64,000 nucleotides of DNA from Clostridia bacterium (GTDB lineage Bacteria > Bacillota > Clostridia > Oscillospirales > Acutalibacteraceae): the NCBI GenBank assembly GCA_044426265.1, contig JAWXUR010000003.1:714-64713 (forward strand). The letters are read 5' to 3'. Positions within the stretch are counted from its first letter, which is position 1; every line of letters begins with the position of its first letter. Under the pieces are notes generated by a model. The model was given only the letters and a program-made list of their open reading frames with translations, had not been told where the DNA came from and ran no database searches. Below are positions 1 through 12,713 of the stretch, piece by piece. Made by a program: the position numbers and the translations under genes.

Positions 1-1795
1 TTGAAAACTTGATTAAACAGTTGTCGATGCCCTCAATGATAATGCCGTCAATGCTCTTGCGTTTTTTAGGTTTTGTGATAACAATTTCATCAACTGTTGG
101 CTCTGGTGCGTTTTCTTTAACGATCTTATTAAACTCATCTTTTAAGCGAAGCATGATTTTGTTTAAGCTTATGCCGCCATAGCCAACACCAGCGTAAAAC
201 TCTTCAACGTCTTTGCATCTTTGCATTTGAACTGCACGAGCAAGGAGCTGCTGCATTTGATCGTCTGGCAAGATGATTTTGTTGCGCTTAAATTCTCTTT
301 CAACTTCTGCCTTGCCCTCAATGATATTATCATCACGTTTTTCTTTTTTAAACCAACTTCTAATCTTAGTTCTTGCACTGCTGGTTTTGGCAATTTTGAG
401 CCAATCACGGCTTGGGCCTTTATCTGCTTGCGATGTGGTGAGAATTTGAATGATTTCACCTGTTGAAATTTTATGATCTAAGGTAACAATTCTGTTATTC
501 ACCTTTGCGCCAATCATTTTGATTCCCACTTGTGTGTGAATTGCAAAGGCAAAATCGATGATTGTTGCGCCCAAAGGCAAGTTGATAACCGAGCCTTTTG
601 GTGTGAAAGCAAAAACTTCTTCAGACACGAAGTCTGTTTTAATTGTGCTAACGATATCTTCAACGTCGTCGCCCTCTTTTTGAGTGTCGAGAACTTTTCT
701 AATCCAAGAAAGGCGCTCTTCGAATTTTTGAGTGCCGTTGATGCCGAGTTTATATTTCCAGTGAGCTGCGATACCAAACTCAGCTGTGTGGTGCATTTCC
801 CAAGTTCTGATTTGAACCTCAAAAGGTATGCCTGAGCGGCCGATAACTGTGGTGTGCAGTGATTGATACATATTTGGTTTTGGAGTTGAGATGTAATCTT
901 TAAATCTACCTGGAATGAGCTTGTAAATCTCATGAACAATGCCTAAGCAGTGGTAACATTGCTCGATTGAGTCAACGATTAATCTAACTGCGTAAATATC
1001 ATAAACTTCGTCCATTGATTTTGGTTGCATGATTGTTTTACGGTAGATACCGTGGATACTCTTAATGCGACCAGCGATATTTACATTTGGAACATCTTGA
1101 ACCACACGATCATAAATGCGAGTTTTGATTGTTTCCAAAAACTCTTGACGTGATTCAACTTGATTTTCCAAAGTTGTTGCAATTTCTTTATAAGCCACTG
1201 GATCTAAGAAGCTAATTGCTAAATCTTCAAGTTCTTCTTTAAACTTACGCATACCAAGTCTGTGAGCAATAGGCGCATAAATTGAAAGGGTTTCACGAGC
1301 CTTGTATCTGCGTTTTTCTTCTGGCATGAAGCGCAAGGTTCTCATGTTGTGAACTCTATCGGAAAGCTTTATGATGATAACTCGAATGTCTTTTGACATG
1401 GCGAGAAACATTTTTCTAACGTTTTCGCTTTGCTCTTCTTCTTTACTAACTGATGCAGAAATTTGACCGAGCTTTGTTACGCCGTCAACAAGATATTCAA
1501 CGGTTTCGCCAAACTCTTTTCTGATGTACTCACTTGGGATATCCGTATCTTCAACAACATCATGCAAAAGAGCGGCACACACTGATTCTGAATCCATTCC
1601 AACTTCATCACAAAGAATTGATGCCACAGCGATAGGGTGAATGATGTACGGCTCACCTGAACGTCTTTTTTGACCACCATGAGCTTTTTCAGCGACTTCG
1701 AACGCTTTAACGATTTTTTCTACCTCTGCTGGTGTGAAACAATTTTTCACGCTATCTAATAACTTATTAAATCCAATTTCATATTCTTTTTCCAT
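1..1795 (-). CDS. relA: Bifunctional (p)ppGpp synthetase/hydrolase RelA/SpoT (RSH); C-terminus runs off the window
   Basis: Absent from the ORF track because there is no stop in the window. My translation from the ATG at 1795..1793 reads MEKEYEIGFNKLL... It has an HD hydrolase motif (HDVVEDT), a synthetase motif (RFKDYISTPKPNMYQSLHTTV) and a TGS region (VFAFTPKGSVINLPLGATIIDFAFAIH). Confidence 0.93.
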   Translation of the reverse strand, partial: MEKEYEIGFNKLLDSVKNCFTPAEVEKIVKAFEVAEKAHGGQKRRSGEPYIIHPIAVASILCDEVGMDSESVCAALLHDVVEDTDIPSEYIRKEFGETVEYLVDGVTKLGQISASVSKEEEQSENVRKMFLAMSKDIRVIIIKLSDRVHNMRTLRFMPEEKRRYKARETLSIYAPIAHRLGMRKFKEELEDLAISFLDPVAYKEIATTLENQVESRQEFLETIKTRIYDRVVQDVPNVNIAGRIKSIHGIYRKTIMQPKSMDEVYDIYAVRLIVDSIEQCYHCLGIVHEIYKLIPGRFKDYISTPKPNMYQSLHTTVIGRSGIPFEVQIRTWEMHHTAEFGIAAHWKYKLGINGTQKFEERLSWIRKVLDTQKEGDDVEDIVSTIKTDFVSEEVFAFTPKGSVINLPLGATIIDFAFAIHTQVGIKMIGAKVNNRIVTLDHKISTGEIIQILTTSQADKGPSRDWLKIAKTSSARTKIRSWFKKEKRDDNIIEGKAEVEREFKRNKIILPDDQMQQLLARAVQMQRCKDVEEFYAGVGYGGISLNKIMLRLKDEFNKIVKENAPEPTVDEIVITKPKKRKSIDGIIIEGIDNCLIKFS

Positions 1796-1811
1796 TTAGC
1801 GTTCCCTCCTA

Positions 1812-3845
1812 TTAAATTAATGAGTTTAAGTATGTTAAAATCTTCGAGTCATCTAAGTTGACCTTAGTTTGACTCTCGTTAATCATTATGCTTTGTGAAT
1901 TTTTATTAATTAGGTTAAGTTCAGCAAGCACATCAAGGGCAAAGAAAAACTTTGCTGCATTTTGCCCATTATCGCCAAGACGATAGCAAAAAACGTCCAT
2001 ATCGTGTTGCCAAAACTTCACTTTTTTGATAAATCTATAAACTAGTGCAATGTCGTTTCTAGTTGGTACAGCGCCTTGCGCAGTGGCTGGACTTGGTTTT
2101 TCACCACGCTTTATTCTTTCATACACTCGAGAGGCATTCAAAAAAGCCTCATCGCTTGTGTTTGACATTCTTATATTTTTGACATAAATGCTCACGCTAA
2201 TTCTGCCATTAAACTCGTTTTTCTTGATATTAACAGCTAAATCCACTTCATCACCGATAACATATGAAATTTGATCTGTGCTAACACCAAAATAAAGACC
2301 TGAAACAATAGCTCCATTTTTTTCTAATGTGAGTTTAGTGTGTGCCTTTGTTTTACCAAGAGGTTGTATGTCACGAATTTTCATCGAGTACAAGCCAAAA
2401 ATTGGTTCTTGATTAGCTTGCCCAAAAGGCTCAAAAACTGAAATTACATCGAGTATATCAGCTGAAATGAAGCTTGGATTTAAGCGTAAGTCAATCTTAA
2501 CTTTGGCAAAAGGCATTTTAACAGTTTTGCTATAAGCTTTAATGAATTTTCTAAATTCTGGTAAATTTTGCTTTTCAAGAGAAAAACCTGCCGCCATAAC
2601 GTGACCGCCATAATGAGTGAGCACACTTTTAGCACTGTCTACAGCCTCATAAAGTGAGAAGCCCTCAACACTTCTTGCTGAGCCACGAGCTAAATCGCCC
2701 TCAATCGAAATGAGCATGCAAGGCTTACCATATTTTTCAACCAATTTTGCACACACAATTCCAATAACTCCAGCGTGCCAGCCCTCGTTTGCAAAAATGA
2801 GCACATCTTCAAGCAAAAGCTTAGGGTTTTGCTCAATTGTTTTTTGTACGTCGGCAAAAATAACGCTTTCTGTTTCTTTTCTTTTTACATTGGCTTCGTT
2901 TATTTCAGTGGCAATAGCCATTGCTTTTTCAAAATTATCACTTGTTAAAAGATCCACTGCTTTTTTTGCATGGCTCATTCTGCCAAGAGCATTGATTCGA
3001 GGAGAAAGAGAAAAAGCAATTGTTGTTGCATCAACTTCTTTTTCGTCAACACCAGCAACCGATCTTAAGGCGCAGATGCCTATGTTTGTGCCGTCATTTA
3101 TCACTTGCAGACCTTTTTTAACTAAGAATCTATTTTCGCCAGTGAGAGAAACAATATCCGCCACTGTGCCAATTGCGACAATATCTGCAAAGCTTTCAAT
3201 CATCTCTTCAAAGTCTTCTTCGCAAAGTGCACAAACAAGTTTAAGAGCCACTCCAGCGCCGCATAAATGTTTAAATTGGCTTGGGCAATCTTTACGATGA
3301 GGATCAACAACAGCGCAAGCTTTTGGAAGTTTTTCACCAACTGTGTGGTGATCTGTCACAACTAAATCCATGCCAAGTGAGGCGATATATTCTGCCTCTT
3401 TTATGGCTGAAATTCCATTGTCAACTGTGATGATAAGGTTGACACCTTGCTCATGAAGTTTATCGATAGCGTCGCAGTTTAAGCCGTATCCCTCGCCATC
3501 ACGAGCTGGGATATAACTGACAAAGTTTAAACCTTGCATTTCAAAAAATAGGCTTAACACGCTCGTTGCAGTCACTCCGTCGGCATCATAGTCACCATAA
3601 ATTGCAACTTTTTCACCATTGTCGATAGCTTGATTGATTCTATCAACCGCTTTATCCATGTCTATGATTTCAAAAGGGTCGTTAAAGTTGAGTTCATTTG
3701 AGAAAAACTCATCGATTAATTCATCATCAACAATGTTTTTCGCAACAAGAAGTGCTGCAACGATAGGGTCAAGATCATGTTTTTCAGAAATCTCAATCGC
3801 TAACTCTTTATTTTGTTTTGATATTTCCCAAATTTTTCTACTCAT
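1812..3845 (-). CDS. recJ: Single-stranded-DNA-specific exonuclease RecJ
   Basis: 677-aa ORF with DHH/DHHA1 motifs (YGDYDADGVTA, VVTDHH, GGHVMAAG). Lies directly upstream of relA on the same strand. Confidence 0.93.
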   Translation of the reverse strand: MSRKIWEISKQNKELAIEISEKHDLDPIVAALLVAKNIVDDELIDEFFSNELNFNDPFEIIDMDKAVDRINQAIDNGEKVAIYGDYDADGVTATSVLSLFFEMQGLNFVSYIPARDGEGYGLNCDAIDKLHEQGVNLIITVDNGISAIKEAEYIASLGMDLVVTDHHTVGEKLPKACAVVDPHRKDCPSQFKHLCGAGVALKLVCALCEEDFEEMIESFADIVAIGTVADIVSLTGENRFLVKKGLQVINDGTNIGICALRSVAGVDEKEVDATTIAFSLSPRINALGRMSHAKKAVDLLTSDNFEKAMAIATEINEANVKRKETESVIFADVQKTIEQNPKLLLEDVLIFANEGWHAGVIGIVCAKLVEKYGKPCMLISIEGDLARGSARSVEGFSLYEAVDSAKSVLTHYGGHVMAAGFSLEKQNLPEFRKFIKAYSKTVKMPFAKVKIDLRLNPSFISADILDVISVFEPFGQANQEPIFGLYSMKIRDIQPLGKTKAHTKLTLEKNGAIVSGLYFGVSTDQISYVIGDEVDLAVNIKKNEFNGRISVSIYVKNIRMSNTSDEAFLNASRVYERIKRGEKPSPATAQGAVPTRNDIALVYRFIKKVKFWQHDMDVFCYRLGDNGQNAAKFFFALDVLAELNLINKNSQSIMINESQTKVNLDDSKILTYLNSLI

Positions 3846-3876
3846 ATTTTCAACTCCTTTTTTGTTTATCTGTTAG

Positions 3877-4178
3877 TGTGGACTTACGCATCATAGTTTG
3901 AAACTTAAAAATTTTTCAATTAGTTTTATATTAATGGGAAATTGAGGATTATAGGAAAAAATCCAAGATTTTTTTTAGATTTTAACCTTTTTTTTGCAAA
4001 GCAAAAATTACAATCGGAGTTCTAGCTCCCTTTTGAGGGAGATGTCAGCGAAGCTGACTGAGGGTTTGACCCTTAATTTTCCATTCTCAATTCTCAATTT
4101 TCCATTATTATTTTTTATTATTTTCTTAAGTTCCCAGCTATGGACTTACGCATTTGCCGAAGGCAAATTGTACCGCCC
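3877..4178. repeat. Mosaic hairpin-array repeat locus R1
   Basis: Chain of short perfect hairpins: TTTTTGC-AAA-GCAAAAA, GTCAGC-GAA-GCTGAC, AGGGT-TTG-ACCCT, TTTGCC-GAA-GGCAAA+TTGTACCGCC. Contains a 7-bp periodic tract at 4075..4109. The direct repeat TGGACTTACGCAT occurs at 3879..3891 and 4141..4153. Modules recur near 17670, 31004 and 51385. Confidence 0.8.
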
Positions 4179-4185
4179 ATCATGG

Positions 4186-6015
4186 CTATTGTGCGCAGTG
4201 TTTAACTAGTTCTGTTAAAAACGCTTCGCCATATTTTTGATATTTCGCTTCGCCGACACCTTGAATTTTCATTAAATCTTCTTTGGTTTGTGGCTTTTCT
4301 TCGCACATTAATCTCAGCGTTGCATCTGAAAAAATGATGAATGCTGGCAAACTGCTTTTTTTCGCTTGTTGTTGCCTTACAACCTTGAGTTTCAAGAAAA
4401 GGCGCATATCAAATGGTGCTTGCTCTTGAGTTTGTTTGTTAGAATCTGTTGGAAATGGAAGAAGATTTTTAAGGCTTTCTTTTTTCTGGAATTTTCTAAC
4501 TTTCTTTTGTCCAGTTAAAATCGGAGCAGCTTTTTCAGTTAAGCTAAGCTTATTTTTCGTATCAACCGCTATGTAGTTAAACCGAATTAAATGGTCTATA
4601 ACTTTTTTGATTTCTGATGGTGCAACGTCATTCATGATGGCAAAAGTTGTGAGTTTATCAAACTTCTTTTCCACAACAAAATCAGTTGTTTCACCTTTTA
4701 GTACGTCAATTAACACTTCAATAGGTTGCTTGCTTCTCATGCGCTTAATGCACGAGAAAATCTTTTGAGCCTCGATTGTGATGTCTATTGAGCTGCCAAC
4801 GCCATTGCAAGCGGAGCAGTTTCCACAGCGTACGTTTGAAGTTTCACCAAAATATGCAAGCATATATGCTCTAAGACAGCCTGCCTTAGTTGCATAGTTC
4901 ACCATCTTTTCAAGCTTTAAGAGTTTTAATCTTTTTAGTCCCTCTTTTTCAAGCTCAGAAAGTTGTTCGTTTTCTTCTGGGTTATTGATGAAATATTTTT
5001 GTGTGCGTATATCGCCAGCATTGAAAAACAAGATGCAATTTGCTGGTGAGCCATCTCGCCCAGCTCTTCCAGCTTCTTGATAATAGCTTTCAATGTCGCC
5101 AGTGATGTTATAATGAATAACAAATGAAACGTTTGATTTATCTATGCCCATGCCAAAAGCATTTGTTGCAATGATGATTTCGTTTTCATCGTTAATGAAT
5201 TTTTCTTGATTGAGTTGTCTTTCTTTTTTGCCTAAGCCAGCATGGTATTTTGTCACGCTATATGAATCATCACGAAGTCTTTCATAAAGCTCGTCAACCG
5301 CTCTTCTTGAAGAGCAATAAACGATGCCACAACTGCCTGAATAAAGGTCGAGATATCTTTTAAGGGCAATATATTTAATCTTAGGTTTTGCAACTTCAAA
5401 ATACAGATTTTTTCTGTCAAAGCCTGTCACAACAACCTTTGCTTTTTGAAGTTTCAAGAGTTTTTCAATGTCGTTTCTAACTCGCATTGTTGCCGTTGCT
5501 GTGAAAGCAGACACAATTGGTCGAGTTTTTAAGTTATCAATGAAATCGCTGATTTTAAGATAACTTGGTCTAAAATCTTGACCCCATTGAGATACGCAGT
5601 GAGCTTCGTCCACACACACCATTGAGATGTTGAGGTGCTCCACCAATTTCAAAAATGGTTTAGACTCCAATCTTTCAGGTGATACGTATAAAATTTTATA
5701 CTCACCATTGATTGATTTTTCAGCCACTATTGCATTTTGTTTTTCTGTTAAAGAGGCATTGATATATGCCGCTGGAATATCATTTTGTTGCAAAGAAGAA
5801 ACTTGATCTTTCATGAGCGAAATGAGCGGAGAAATAACCAGAGTTATCCCCTCAAACATCAAAGCTGGAATTTGGAAGCAGCATGATTTTCCTGCACCTG
5901 TTGGCATGATGCCTAAGCAGTCTTGCCCACTGACAATGCTATCGATAATTTCTTCTTGACCCTCTCTAAAAGTGTCATAACCGAAATGTTTTTTTAAATA
6001 ATAAAACTTATCCAA
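4186..6015 (-). CDS. recQ: ATP-dependent DNA helicase RecQ
   Basis: 609 aa with Walker A (PTGAGKS), DEAH box (VDEAHCVSQWGQDFRPSY), a Zn-binding Cys cluster (CGNCSAC) and a C-terminal HRDC-like region. Confidence 0.93.
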   Translation of the reverse strand: MDKFYYLKKHFGYDTFREGQEEIIDSIVSGQDCLGIMPTGAGKSCCFQIPALMFEGITLVISPLISLMKDQVSSLQQNDIPAAYINASLTEKQNAIVAEKSINGEYKILYVSPERLESKPFLKLVEHLNISMVCVDEAHCVSQWGQDFRPSYLKISDFIDNLKTRPIVSAFTATATMRVRNDIEKLLKLQKAKVVVTGFDRKNLYFEVAKPKIKYIALKRYLDLYSGSCGIVYCSSRRAVDELYERLRDDSYSVTKYHAGLGKKERQLNQEKFINDENEIIIATNAFGMGIDKSNVSFVIHYNITGDIESYYQEAGRAGRDGSPANCILFFNAGDIRTQKYFINNPEENEQLSELEKEGLKRLKLLKLEKMVNYATKAGCLRAYMLAYFGETSNVRCGNCSACNGVGSSIDITIEAQKIFSCIKRMRSKQPIEVLIDVLKGETTDFVVEKKFDKLTTFAIMNDVAPSEIKKVIDHLIRFNYIAVDTKNKLSLTEKAAPILTGQKKVRKFQKKESLKNLLPFPTDSNKQTQEQAPFDMRLFLKLKVVRQQQAKKSSLPAFIIFSDATLRLMCEEKPQTKEDLMKIQGVGEAKYQKYGEAFLTELVKHCAQ

Positions 6016-6059
6016 TTTATTTTCCTTTCCATAGCCATTTGACTACGAGCTTAACTAGT

Positions 6060-6767
6060 TTAGATGAAAAATTTCTCTGAAATCCACTTTCTCATTCGCT
6101 TACTCGAATAACAATAAACCAAAAATCCAACTAAAGCTGAACTTGAAGCAATTGAAATGATGCCAAGGCTTAATAAAATATGCCCACTTCCAAATAAAAA
6201 TGCATTAAGTCCACCTAAAAACATGATTATTCCCAAAAAGCTAAAAATAAACATAAATCTAAGCAGCCAGTGACGTGGTTTTGCTTTTGACCAAATCATA
6301 TAAATCAACACACAAATTGAGCCGATTACAAAATAAGGCAAGATAATTTTTAAAAACACACCAGTTTCAAAGCCGCCCACAACAAAAATCGAATAGATAT
6401 AAGCTGGGATTGCGATTGAATCAAACGCCCACATTAGATATGGTTTGAGTTTTGATGTGAAAAACGGAAACACAAACACCACCCATAATAAAAACATGGT
6501 TGAGCCAACACCTAGTGACCACAAACTCGATTTAAAAATCAAAATGTTGCACAGCACACAAATGATTGTTGGAATGAGCATCACTATCGAAATAATGTAA
6601 GACACAAATTGCTTTTGCACGCTTTGCGGTACGTGTTCAGCTTTTGCAAATGGGGTTTTTTCTTCTTCTATTTTCTTAATTTTGGGGTTAATAACACGAG
6701 TTGCGCACAAAGCACATTTTTTCGCACTCACATCGAGTTCAACTCCGCAGTTTACACAATATGACAT
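6060..6767 (-). CDS. Membrane protein with N-terminal zinc ribbon; function unknown
   Basis: 235 aa. N-terminal CxxC...CxxC (CVNCGVELDVSAKKCALC) is followed by about six hydrophobic helices. Confidence 0.7.
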   Translation of the reverse strand: MSYCVNCGVELDVSAKKCALCATRVINPKIKKIEEEKTPFAKAEHVPQSVQKQFVSYIISIVMLIPTIICVLCNILIFKSSLWSLGVGSTMFLLWVVFVFPFFTSKLKPYLMWAFDSIAIPAYIYSIFVVGGFETGVFLKIILPYFVIGSICVLIYMIWSKAKPRHWLLRFMFIFSFLGIIMFLGGLNAFLFGSGHILLSLGIISIASSSALVGFLVYCYSSKRMRKWISEKFFI

Positions 6768-6844
6768 CTTCTAAATTTTCTCCTTATATCCAAGTGGATT
6801 TTTGCTAATACGTTGATACTATCATTTTATAGTAGTGGTAATGG

Positions 6845-7103
6845 GTAGGGTTCGCTTTCGCTCACAATGAAAAATTAAGGTTTTTTCTTTTGTTTTATGG
6901 CTTGATTTATTAGTTAATCTCGTCTACGCTCGCCGTTAGTGTTTTGTGTCAACTAAAATATTACATATCTATCGGTTATTTTGCTTAAGTTGCTTGCATT
7001 GGAATTGTCCCTCGTTTATAATGTGTGCAACGCACGCCACCACAATTTTTCATTTTTCATTCTTAATTTTTCATTGTGAGCGATAGCGAACCTTAGCCGC
7101 TAC
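6845..7103. repeat. MITE-like element R2 bounded by 31-bp terminal inverted repeats
   Basis: Left arm 6849..6879 (GGTTCGCTTTCGCTCACAATGAAAAATTAAG) matches the reverse complement of right arm 7062..7092 at 30 of 31 positions. Outer ends are GTAG (6845) and CTAC (7103). Internal modules recur inverted at 17419..17500 and 42790..42900. Confidence 0.85.
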
Positions 7104-7147
7104 ATCACACTAACTATTAAACACACAAAACTACAACTAAATCAAAC

Positions 7148-8419
7148 TCACTCTCGATTGCTCTCGATTTTAACATGGACTCCCATTTTCACTAGTCTTG
7201 TGAAAAACTCTCTTTCTATGTCGCTTTCTTTGTAGCAATTTGAAAAAGTGAATGCTAGTTTGTCGTTAAAAGTTATAACTCCGCATCTTGCACCATTTAA
7301 TTTTCCTGGGCCTGTGAAAAACATATATTTTTCAATTTCATTTTCCATTTCTTGTGGCACTTGAATTGCGCCGAGGTTTGAAATTAAAGTTGTTGTGTTT
7401 TTTTCAGCAGTGAATAAAAAGCTGAGCGCTATGCCGAAGTTTTTTATTGGCAGCGGCAAAAATTTTGCAACTGGATTTTTTTCAATTTTCAGGTTTTGGC
7501 TCATCATTGAGTTCATGATTTTAGAATCGTTTGCAAGCTTTAATTGAAGTGAAATAATCTTTAAAATTTCTTCAAAGCTATAATCGCCTAAATTCGGATT
7601 TATTCTCACTTTTAAGCAAAGCACAAAGTTTCTAAGCGTTTTTGATGGGAACGCTTTTCTCAAATTAACTGGAATTTGAACTGTTAAATCTTGTTTTTTT
7701 CTCTTTTTCGTTTCGAGCTGATTTAAATAATGCACGTAAAGCAGCAAAGCTGAGAAAAATTCTGTCACGGTTACTCCATATGAGCGGCTGATTTCATGCA
7801 CTTGATTGAAATCCATTATTCCAATGGTGTAATTACAAAAATGTTTCTTCTCTTTTGTGCCTTCAAAATGATAAGCATTTTTTTCTCGCTTATTAGCTGT
7901 AAATTTCGAGTTTGCGTATCTCATGTATGAGTCTTCAACTTGCTCATGCGTTGGCTTTTCTTTTGTGCTAAGCACAAATTCATTCGAGCCAATTTCAAGA
8001 CCTTTGAGCCTTAGATATTCACCAGCTAAAGTGCTAAGAAAAACTGATGCGCCATAGCCGTCACTCAAAACGTGATATGTGTCAATCGCAATTCGATTTT
8101 GGTGATAATAAAGGCGAAACAAAAAACCTTTATCCTCTTTAAACTTTATTCTGTAGCAGTGGTTTTTAATGTCTTTTTCAACGAAAGCTTCATTTGGATT
8201 TTTTTCAAGGTAATACCAAAAAGCACCTCGCCTAATTCTAACATCAAAATTTGGAATTCTTTTTAATGTTGTTTTCAGTGCCGCTTCTAAAAGCGCTGGT
8301 TCAATCTCGTTTTTGAGTTCAATGCCAATTCTAAAAATATTTGACCAAGAGCTTGAATTTTGCCCCGGAAAAATCTTAGCCGCATTATCAAGTTTAAACC
8401 ATTCAAAATTATTCTTCAT
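7148..8419 (-). CDS. Condensation/alcohol-acetyltransferase-like acyltransferase (HxxxDG superfamily)
   Basis: 423 aa. HxxxDG catalytic motif is present (DTYHVLSDGYGASVF). N-terminus WFKLDNAAKIFPG. Family assigned from motifs only. Confidence 0.7.
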   Translation of the reverse strand: MKNNFEWFKLDNAAKIFPGQNSSSWSNIFRIGIELKNEIEPALLEAALKTTLKRIPNFDVRIRRGAFWYYLEKNPNEAFVEKDIKNHCYRIKFKEDKGFLFRLYYHQNRIAIDTYHVLSDGYGASVFLSTLAGEYLRLKGLEIGSNEFVLSTKEKPTHEQVEDSYMRYANSKFTANKREKNAYHFEGTKEKKHFCNYTIGIMDFNQVHEISRSYGVTVTEFFSALLLYVHYLNQLETKKRKKQDLTVQIPVNLRKAFPSKTLRNFVLCLKVRINPNLGDYSFEEILKIISLQLKLANDSKIMNSMMSQNLKIEKNPVAKFLPLPIKNFGIALSFLFTAEKNTTTLISNLGAIQVPQEMENEIEKYMFFTGPGKLNGARCGVITFNDKLAFTFSNCYKESDIEREFFTRLVKMGVHVKIESNRE

Positions 8420-8474
8420 ATATTTTTTCCTTAATTTTGCTTGTGTCGATTTAAATTTCTTTTTTCTTGTTGGG

Positions 8475-8512
8475 GGTCGTACCTTTTTGGCAAAGCCAAA
8501 AATTGTACCGCC
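8475..8512. repeat. GTAC-flanked T-run/A-run palindrome (family member 2)
   Basis: GGTCGTACC-TTTTTGGC-AAA-GCCAAAAA-TTGTACCGCC. Confidence 0.85.
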
Positions 8513-8704
8513 AAAAAAAGAGTTTAAATCGCCTTAATGATAAAAATAAACATTCCTTATTATACTATAAAAAAAGCAGCTTGACAATGCAGTTTTGAAA
8601 AAAAGATTGTTAATTTCGCAAAATTAAGCTAAATTTACTTTTATTTGATATAAAAATGTGTTAAAATAGGATTAATAATCATTGAAAGAATAGGATTTTT
8701 AAAT

Positions 8705-11678
<2,974 letters not shown>

Positions 11679-11776
11679 GTTGTACAGTTCGTTGCTCACG
11701 CTTTAAAATTTGAATAGATAAAAATTAAAATGCGACAGCAAAATGGTAAAAATCATTTTGCTTCCGCATTATTTTT

Positions 11777-12244
11777 TTAATATAAGCCATTAAAATATTC
11801 CGGATTTTCAAAAGCGTTGAAGATATTTTGAGGTGAATCATAGAAAAAACTGCTGTTATAATCTTCAATCTTATCACAAACGATTGAGTCGTAAGCCATA
11901 AACAAAGCATCGACTATGCTAATATTTTGACTTTTTGCAATCATTAAAATTAAGCGCTTAAAGACTTTCCCTATATCCCAATAAGTTGGAACATCGTATT
12001 CACAAATTGAAACATTATCAAATGAGCCTTTTTCAATATTGCAACTATCGATAAACTCATCACTAATTTTTTCTATATTTTCGCAGTGGTAAACATCTGC
12101 TAAGTCATAAATTTTAGCTATATTTTCTTTGCCTAATTCATGAACTATATATCGAGTTATGTTCTTTGTTTTTCTTGCAATATATTCAACGAAACTGCAA
12201 GTGAAAAATAAATCATTTTCCTTTTGTGGTTCTCTTCCTGTCAT
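11777..12244 (-). CDS. DUF3791-like small protein
   Basis: Start placed at ATG 12244 (MTGREP...), which overlaps the stop of the upstream gene as ATGA. The FVEYIARKT...IYDLADVYHCENIE pattern is as I remember for DUF3791. Confidence 0.65.
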   Translation of the reverse strand: MTGREPQKENDLFFTCSFVEYIARKTKNITRYIVHELGKENIAKIYDLADVYHCENIEKISDEFIDSCNIEKGSFDNVSICEYDVPTYWDIGKVFKRLILMIAKSQNISIVDALFMAYDSIVCDKIEDYNSSFFYDSPQNIFNAFENPEYFNGLY

Positions 12245-12696
12245 TCGTTTACCTCCTGACTTGAAATGAATTTTAAACATTTAAGTGCTTTTGGAGTTGA
12301 AAAAACTATTTGATGCGTTGGATATTTAAACTTAGCAAGCGCCCAAAATTGCTCTCTTGTGAGCACTCCATCAATATAGTCGGTAATATAGTTATAAACT
12401 TGGTCATCAGCCATTGAGCCTATCACAACATCATAATCATGCGATTTTCCCGCTCTTGAATCTATGATAAAATCAAGCCATTTCTCGCTCATTTGCTCAA
12501 ACTCAAGAATTTTCAAATCAGCTCCAAATTCAGCTTCGTAGGTGTTTAACACAGCTTTTGGATAACGTTTTGCCCAGCGTTTGGCTTGTTTTTCAATGAT
12601 AGTGCAATAAAAGCCAACTCCAAAATCTTTGGTGTTTTTTCCTTTGATAATCTTTGGCTCTTTTATGCTCTCATAACTGCCATGATAAACTATCAT
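12241..12696 (-). CDS. DUF3990-like protein
   Basis: 151 aa. N-terminus MIVYHGSY...KDFGVGFYCT...QAKRWAKR is as I remember for DUF3990. Confidence 0.65.
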   Translation of the reverse strand: MIVYHGSYESIKEPKIIKGKNTKDFGVGFYCTIIEKQAKRWAKRYPKAVLNTYEAEFGADLKILEFEQMSEKWLDFIIDSRAGKSHDYDVVIGSMADDQVYNYITDYIDGVLTREQFWALAKFKYPTHQIVFSTPKALKCLKFISSQEVNE

Positions 12697-12713
12697 AACT
12701 TTTTACCTCCCTT

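Noticed and set aside
3994-4209. 71-aa ORF in the recJ/recQ intergenic region
   Set aside because: It lies within repeat locus R1 and overlaps the recQ 3' end. It has no RBS.
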